A stretch of 64,000 bases of DNA from a bacterium (lineage in GTDB: Bacteria; SAR324; XYD2-FULL-50-16). Where the stretch lies: assembly GCA_032250835.1 (NCBI GenBank), contig JAVVEA010000001.1, positions 448,001 to 512,000 of the forward strand, given 5' to 3'. The notes under the pieces were generated by a model that worked only from the letters and a program-made list of their open reading frames with translations, did no database searches and was not told the origin of the DNA. The position numbers and the translations under genes are program-made. Shown here one piece after another: positions 59,774 to 64,000 of this stretch; within the stretch, counting starts at the first letter, position 1, and each line of letters starts with the position of its first letter.

Positions 59774-62548
59774 ATGATCCGTGTTGTTTTATTTTTAGTT
59801 CTTTGCCTCCAATCAGCCCCACTTTGGGCCAAGGTGGTCTTGTCCGAGCGGACTTCTATCGACCTAGGTCCTCAGGTGGAACTTTTTGAAGACCCCAGCC
59901 GCCAGCTCACCATTAGCGAAGTTTCCACGCCGGACTTTGCCGAACGCTTCAGGCCCAACAAAAAAGATTCGGTGTCTTTGGGCTATACCAGCATGGCCCT
60001 TTGGGTAAAAATCGAAATCGCCAATCCCTACGACAAACCGGTCACCCGTATTTTAGAACAGGGCTTTGGTAGTCTGGACCTGCTAGACCTATACGAACCC
60101 AATGGTCAAGGCGGCTGGATCGAGCGGGTCACCGGCGACACCTTGCCCTTTTATGAGCGGGAAATCCAAATCCCCCAGCAGACCTTCCGCCTAACCTTTG
60201 CGCCAAGAAGCCAGAACACCTATTTTTTGCGCGCCGTCAGCAAAGGGACCTTGGCCCTCCCTTTACGTCTGGTTAAAGCGGAGGGCTATGTAGAGAGCCT
60301 GTTACCCGAAACCTTACTGATCGGTGGCTTTGCCGGGCTGGTTTTGGTAATGTTCATCTACCATATCGGCATCTTCTGGGGCACCAGAGACCCGGCCTAC
60401 CTTACCTATAGCTTTTTTATCTTAAGCTTGATGGTCTATAGCGTTTCCTTACGGGGCTTGGCCTACCAATACCTCTGGCCCCACTCGCCCGGATTAAATG
60501 CGATGATCCCGTCGGTCAGCGTAGCCTTGGCTTTCTTGTGGGGTTTGTCCTTTATCCGGCTTTACCTGCACACCAAGGAAACCGCCCCGGTTTGGGATAA
60601 AATATTACTGGCACTGATCTTCCCGGCCTTGGGCATCCCGCTGGCTAATTTCTTTTCCGGGCCTGCGGTGGGTATTTACATCACCACTATGGGCACCGTG
60701 GCCCCGCCGATCCCCATCATCTTAGGCATCGTGCTCTTCTTACGGGGATACCAACCGGCCAGCTTCTTCTTGATCGCCCTGGGTGGCTCGATGATGTCGA
60801 TCTTGGTCAGCAGTATGCGCAGCTTTGGTATCTTAGGCACCAACCTGTTCACCCAAAATTCCATGATCTTCGGCACTACCTGGGAGATTGTGGTGCTCTC
60901 CTTGGCGCTTTCTTACCGTATCCGCAAAATGCGCGACGAACGCTTGGCGGCCCAGACCGAGTTGTTAGAGCAGGTGAAACGAGAAAAAAACCTGATCGAA
61001 GAACACCGCAGTACCTTAGAACGCAAAGTTTTTGAACGCACTTCCGAGATCAAAGAACTGATGGACAACACGGGCCAGGGGTTCTTTTCTTGTGGCGCAG
61101 ACCTTAAGGTACGCCCGCAATATTCCAAGGCCTGTGAGGAGTTTTTCGGTAAGCCTATCGGTGGGTTGGAGGTCTTACCGCTAATTTACGCGCACCGCTG
61201 GGCCGAGCACCTTGAGGTGGTCCAAACGCTCTTCGCCACACGGGGCAGCATGAAAGACCTGATCGACCTTCTGCCCACCGAATCCCAAATCAACGGGTTG
61301 GTTTTGCATCTGGAGTACCGGTTGATCCTGCAAGAAGAGGCGTCCCAGGACCGGCTCCTGATCGTGGCCACCGACGTGACCCGAGAGCAAACCCTGCGCG
61401 CGCTGCTGCGAGCCGACGAGGGAACCAACAAGATGATCCTGGCCGTAGCCCGTGACAAAGAAGGCTTCTTGATGGCTTTAGAAGACGCGCGGAGCATCTT
61501 GGCCGGTATCAAACAAGCCTTAGTGACTCCAGCGGGTGTCACCCGCCAAAGCCTGATGCGCTCGTTCCATACCCTAAAAGGGGAGATGTCTTGCTACGGC
61601 CTCACCCAAGTAGCCGATGCGGCCCACCAGATTGAGAGCCGGATCGTTGAGGTGCTCGACGAAGACGAAGCGCTTGAATTGGAGCATATCAATTACTTAG
61701 AGCTACGCACTGGCGAGTTAGAACAACATTTAGAAGCTTCGCTGGAGCGCTTGCGCGAGTTGGTCGGGCTCGAGGAACTAGACGAAGGAGGGCACCTGCG
61801 GATAAATGTACCTACCGAGCGGGTGGAGCATTTGATTGCGCTACTGCGGGCCGGACGTAGGCTGGGTAGGCCCGAATGGACCACCGCCTTAGAAGACCTT
61901 AAAAATCAACCCCTGCGTCCCCATTTGCGCAAATTGGCCTTAGAGGCCGAACGGCTCGCCGCCCCCATGGGCAAAAAGGTCAAAACCTTTATCGATGCTA
62001 GTGGTGTAGAAGCAGACATCCAGGCGCTTTCTCCGCTACTCAATGCGATGGTGCATTTGGTGCGCAACTCCATGGACCACGGGATCGAACGCCCCGAACT
62101 GCGCCAGTCCCGCAACAAGTCAGAGTGCGGACGTCTGACGGTCACGGCCCGCCAAGAAGAGGGTCTGTTGCTGCTAGAGGTAGGTGACGACGGCAACGGC
62201 ATCGACCCCCAACTAATCCGCGAATTGGCGCTGGAAAAAGGCCTCCTCACCGCCGAGGAGGCCGCTTCTTTAGATACCGAGGCTTCGATGAAGTTACTCT
62301 TTAGGCCTGGTTTTTCTTCGAAAGAAGAGGTGAACCTTATCTCGGGCCGGGGGGTTGGCCTAGACGCCGTTGAAGCCGAAGCCCAACGACTGGGCGGGCA
62401 GTTGAACGTTCGCTCAGACAAGGAACAGGGCACCTGTTTTCGAATCGAGCTACCCCAGCGTAAACTCTCGCCACTCTGGCGCGAACAGGCCCCGGACCAT
62501 GAGATGGAGTCCAACGAGCCGCCTTCTTCGGATGGGGTCCCAACCTGA
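59774..62548 (+). CDS. 7TM-DISM receptor fused to Hpt and CheA-type kinase domains, with no CheW domain
   Basis: FEDPS..LT, SLGYT..ALW, TGD.LPF..R (DISMED2); seven TM helices; FHTLKG; HLVRNSMDHGIE, DDGNGID, SGRGVGLD. Confidence 0.85.
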   Translation: MIRVVLFLVLCLQSAPLWAKVVLSERTSIDLGPQVELFEDPSRQLTISEVSTPDFAERFRPNKKDSVSLGYTSMALWVKIEIANPYDKPVTRILEQGFGSLDLLDLYEPNGQGGWIERVTGDTLPFYEREIQIPQQTFRLTFAPRSQNTYFLRAVSKGTLALPLRLVKAEGYVESLLPETLLIGGFAGLVLVMFIYHIGIFWGTRDPAYLTYSFFILSLMVYSVSLRGLAYQYLWPHSPGLNAMIPSVSVALAFLWGLSFIRLYLHTKETAPVWDKILLALIFPALGIPLANFFSGPAVGIYITTMGTVAPPIPIILGIVLFLRGYQPASFFLIALGGSMMSILVSSMRSFGILGTNLFTQNSMIFGTTWEIVVLSLALSYRIRKMRDERLAAQTELLEQVKREKNLIEEHRSTLERKVFERTSEIKELMDNTGQGFFSCGADLKVRPQYSKACEEFFGKPIGGLEVLPLIYAHRWAEHLEVVQTLFATRGSMKDLIDLLPTESQINGLVLHLEYRLILQEEASQDRLLIVATDVTREQTLRALLRADEGTNKMILAVARDKEGFLMALEDARSILAGIKQALVTPAGVTRQSLMRSFHTLKGEMSCYGLTQVADAAHQIESRIVEVLDEDEALELEHINYLELRTGELEQHLEASLERLRELVGLEELDEGGHLRINVPTERVEHLIALLRAGRRLGRPEWTTALEDLKNQPLRPHLRKLALEAERLAAPMGKKVKTFIDASGVEADIQALSPLLNAMVHLVRNSMDHGIERPELRQSRNKSECGRLTVTARQEEGLLLLEVGDDGNGIDPQLIRELALEKGLLTAEEAASLDTEASMKLLFRPGFSSKEEVNLISGRGVGLDAVEAEAQRLGGQLNVRSDKEQGTCFRIELPQRKLSPLWREQAPDHEMESNEPPSSDGVPT

Positions 62549-62663
62549 AGTACCCTGGACTTCAAAAATCCCGCCGAAAAGGGGTTGATCAAAATCGGGT
62601 CGAACCGATAAGTTGATTCTTTACCAACTAAAATTGTGCCCCAACCCTCCGCTGCCCCTTACG

Positions 62664-64000
62664 ATGGACAAACCGAATTACCTGCAAGACTACCTCGCCA
62701 CCTTGGGCGGAGCTTCCGCCAATCCTGCTTCAGCGGCTTATTATGCCTCTTTAGATCAGGTTGCCCAGGTCAACCCTTTGGTGGTCCAAGGGATCGTGGG
62801 CGAGTTACGCGACCAGCGCCGCAACCTGAAACTGATCGCCAGCGAAAACTATTCGTCGCTCGCCACGCAGCTGGCTATGGGTAACCTATTGACCGATAAA
62901 TACGCCGAAGGCTTCCCGATGCACCGCTTTTATGCCGGTTGCGATAACGTGGACCTGATCGAAAGCGAAGCGGCCAACAAAGCCAAAGAGCTGTTCGGCG
63001 CCGACCATGCCTATGTTCAGCCCCACTCGGGTGCCGATGCCAACATGGTGGCTTTCACCGCCATCTTGCTAGCCAAGGTGCAGACCCCGGCTTTAGAACG
63101 CCTCAAGGAAAGCAACCCTTCAAATCTTTCACGCGAAGACTGGGAAACAGTCCGCGAAGAAATGCACCGCCAGAAGTTAGTGGCGCTAGATTATTACTCT
63201 GGCGGTCACTTGACCCACGGCTACCGACACAACTTCAGCGCCCAGATGTTCGACGTGGACAACTACTCGGTCGACAAAGCCACCGGCTTGGTGGATTTAG
63301 AGGCCCTACGCGAGCAATTGCACCGGGTCAAACCGCTGATCTTCCTGACCGGATACTCGGCCTATCCCCGCTCGCTCAACTTCCGCAAAATGCGCGAAAT
63401 GGCCGATGAAGTCGGCGCGGTGTTCATGGTAGACATGGCCCACTTTGCGGGTTTGGTGGCCGGTAAGGTCTTTAAGGGCGACTTCGACCCCGTCGCCCAC
63501 GCCCATGTGGTCACCACCACCACCCACAAGACCCTACGCGGCCCCCGGGGCGGCATGGTGCTTTGCAAGGCCGAATTTGCTGAATATGTAGACAAAGGTT
63601 GCCCGGCTATCTTAGGCGGTCCGCTACCGCATATGATGGCGGCTAAAGCGGTTGCCTTTACCGAAGCGCTCAAGCCCGAGTTTTCCAGCTATGCCGCTAA
63701 AATCGTTGAAAACAGCCAAGCCTTTGCTAAGGCTTGTGTGGACTTAGGCATGCCCGTGGCGACCGGTGGAACGGACAACCATTTATTTCTGGTAGACGTA
63801 CAAAAGGGCTTTGGCCTAACCGGACGCCAAGCCGAATCGGCGTTGCGCGAATGCGCCATCACGCTGAACCGCAACAGCCTACCCTTTGACGCCAACGGCC
63901 CTTGGTACACCAGCGGCCTGCGTTTGGGCACCGCCGCGGTGACCACCTTAGGCATGGGGCCCGCGGAGATGCAGACGATCGCCAATATCCTGCACATGGT
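62664..64000 (+). CDS. glyA: Serine hydroxymethyltransferase, 3'-truncated by the window edge and absent from the ORF track
   Basis: Translated by hand from ATG 62664: LKLIASENY, DKYAEG, RFYAGC, VQPHSGADAN, GGHLTHG, DMAHFAG, TTTHKTLRGPRGG, GGTDNH, SGLRLGT. Confidence 0.97.
   Translation, partial: MDKPNYLQDYLATLGGASANPASAAYYASLDQVAQVNPLVVQGIVGELRDQRRNLKLIASENYSSLATQLAMGNLLTDKYAEGFPMHRFYAGCDNVDLIESEAANKAKELFGADHAYVQPHSGADANMVAFTAILLAKVQTPALERLKESNPSNLSREDWETVREEMHRQKLVALDYYSGGHLTHGYRHNFSAQMFDVDNYSVDKATGLVDLEALREQLHRVKPLIFLTGYSAYPRSLNFRKMREMADEVGAVFMVDMAHFAGLVAGKVFKGDFDPVAHAHVVTTTTHKTLRGPRGGMVLCKAEFAEYVDKGCPAILGGPLPHMMAAKAVAFTEALKPEFSSYAAKIVENSQAFAKACVDLGMPVATGGTDNHLFLVDVQKGFGLTGRQAESALRECAITLNRNSLPFDANGPWYTSGLRLGTAAVTTLGMGPAEMQTIANILHM

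Noticed and set aside
62549-62663. Glycine or ZTP riboswitch, or FNR box, before glyA
   Set aside because: No aptamer consensus; TTGATcaaaATCgg is only a partial FNR match.
62636-62884. 82-aa ORF in the track
   Set aside because: It is an out-of-frame shadow of glyA, which starts at 62664.

Overview
Gene-dense bacterial chromosomal window with no mobile element, CRISPR array, rRNA or tRNA that I can see. The protein families suggest a diderm, deltaproteobacteria-like or SAR324-like organism (inference only). Main contents: (1) many signalling genes: an ODP/MBL-fold di-iron protein coupled to a histidine kinase, two hemerythrins, hybrid kinases, two diguanylate cyclases, HD-GYP, Hpt, PilZ, an MCP, CheY, and a 7TM-DISM CheA-like kinase; (2) a 12.7-kb translationally coupled Pel-type exopolysaccharide operon (27267-39975) with a non-canonical layout: PelA split in two, PelB split in two, no PelC, and a PelD lacking the c-di-GMP I-site, followed by a PilZ gene; (3) envelope genes (mltF, a MORN-repeat protein, several beta-barrels, one decayed beta-barrel gene); (4) housekeeping genes (alpha-carbonic anhydrase, hemY, rsgA, TrmH-family methyltransferase, PHP histidinol phosphatase, rho, rpmE, prfA, and a glyA that runs off the end). 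The best candidates for undescribed biology are the rearranged Pel machine, a cNMP-binding protein ending in a CheZ-like tail, and the cheY / TerB-DUF2225 / membrane CheA-like module. All calls come from reading motifs by eye; no searches were run.
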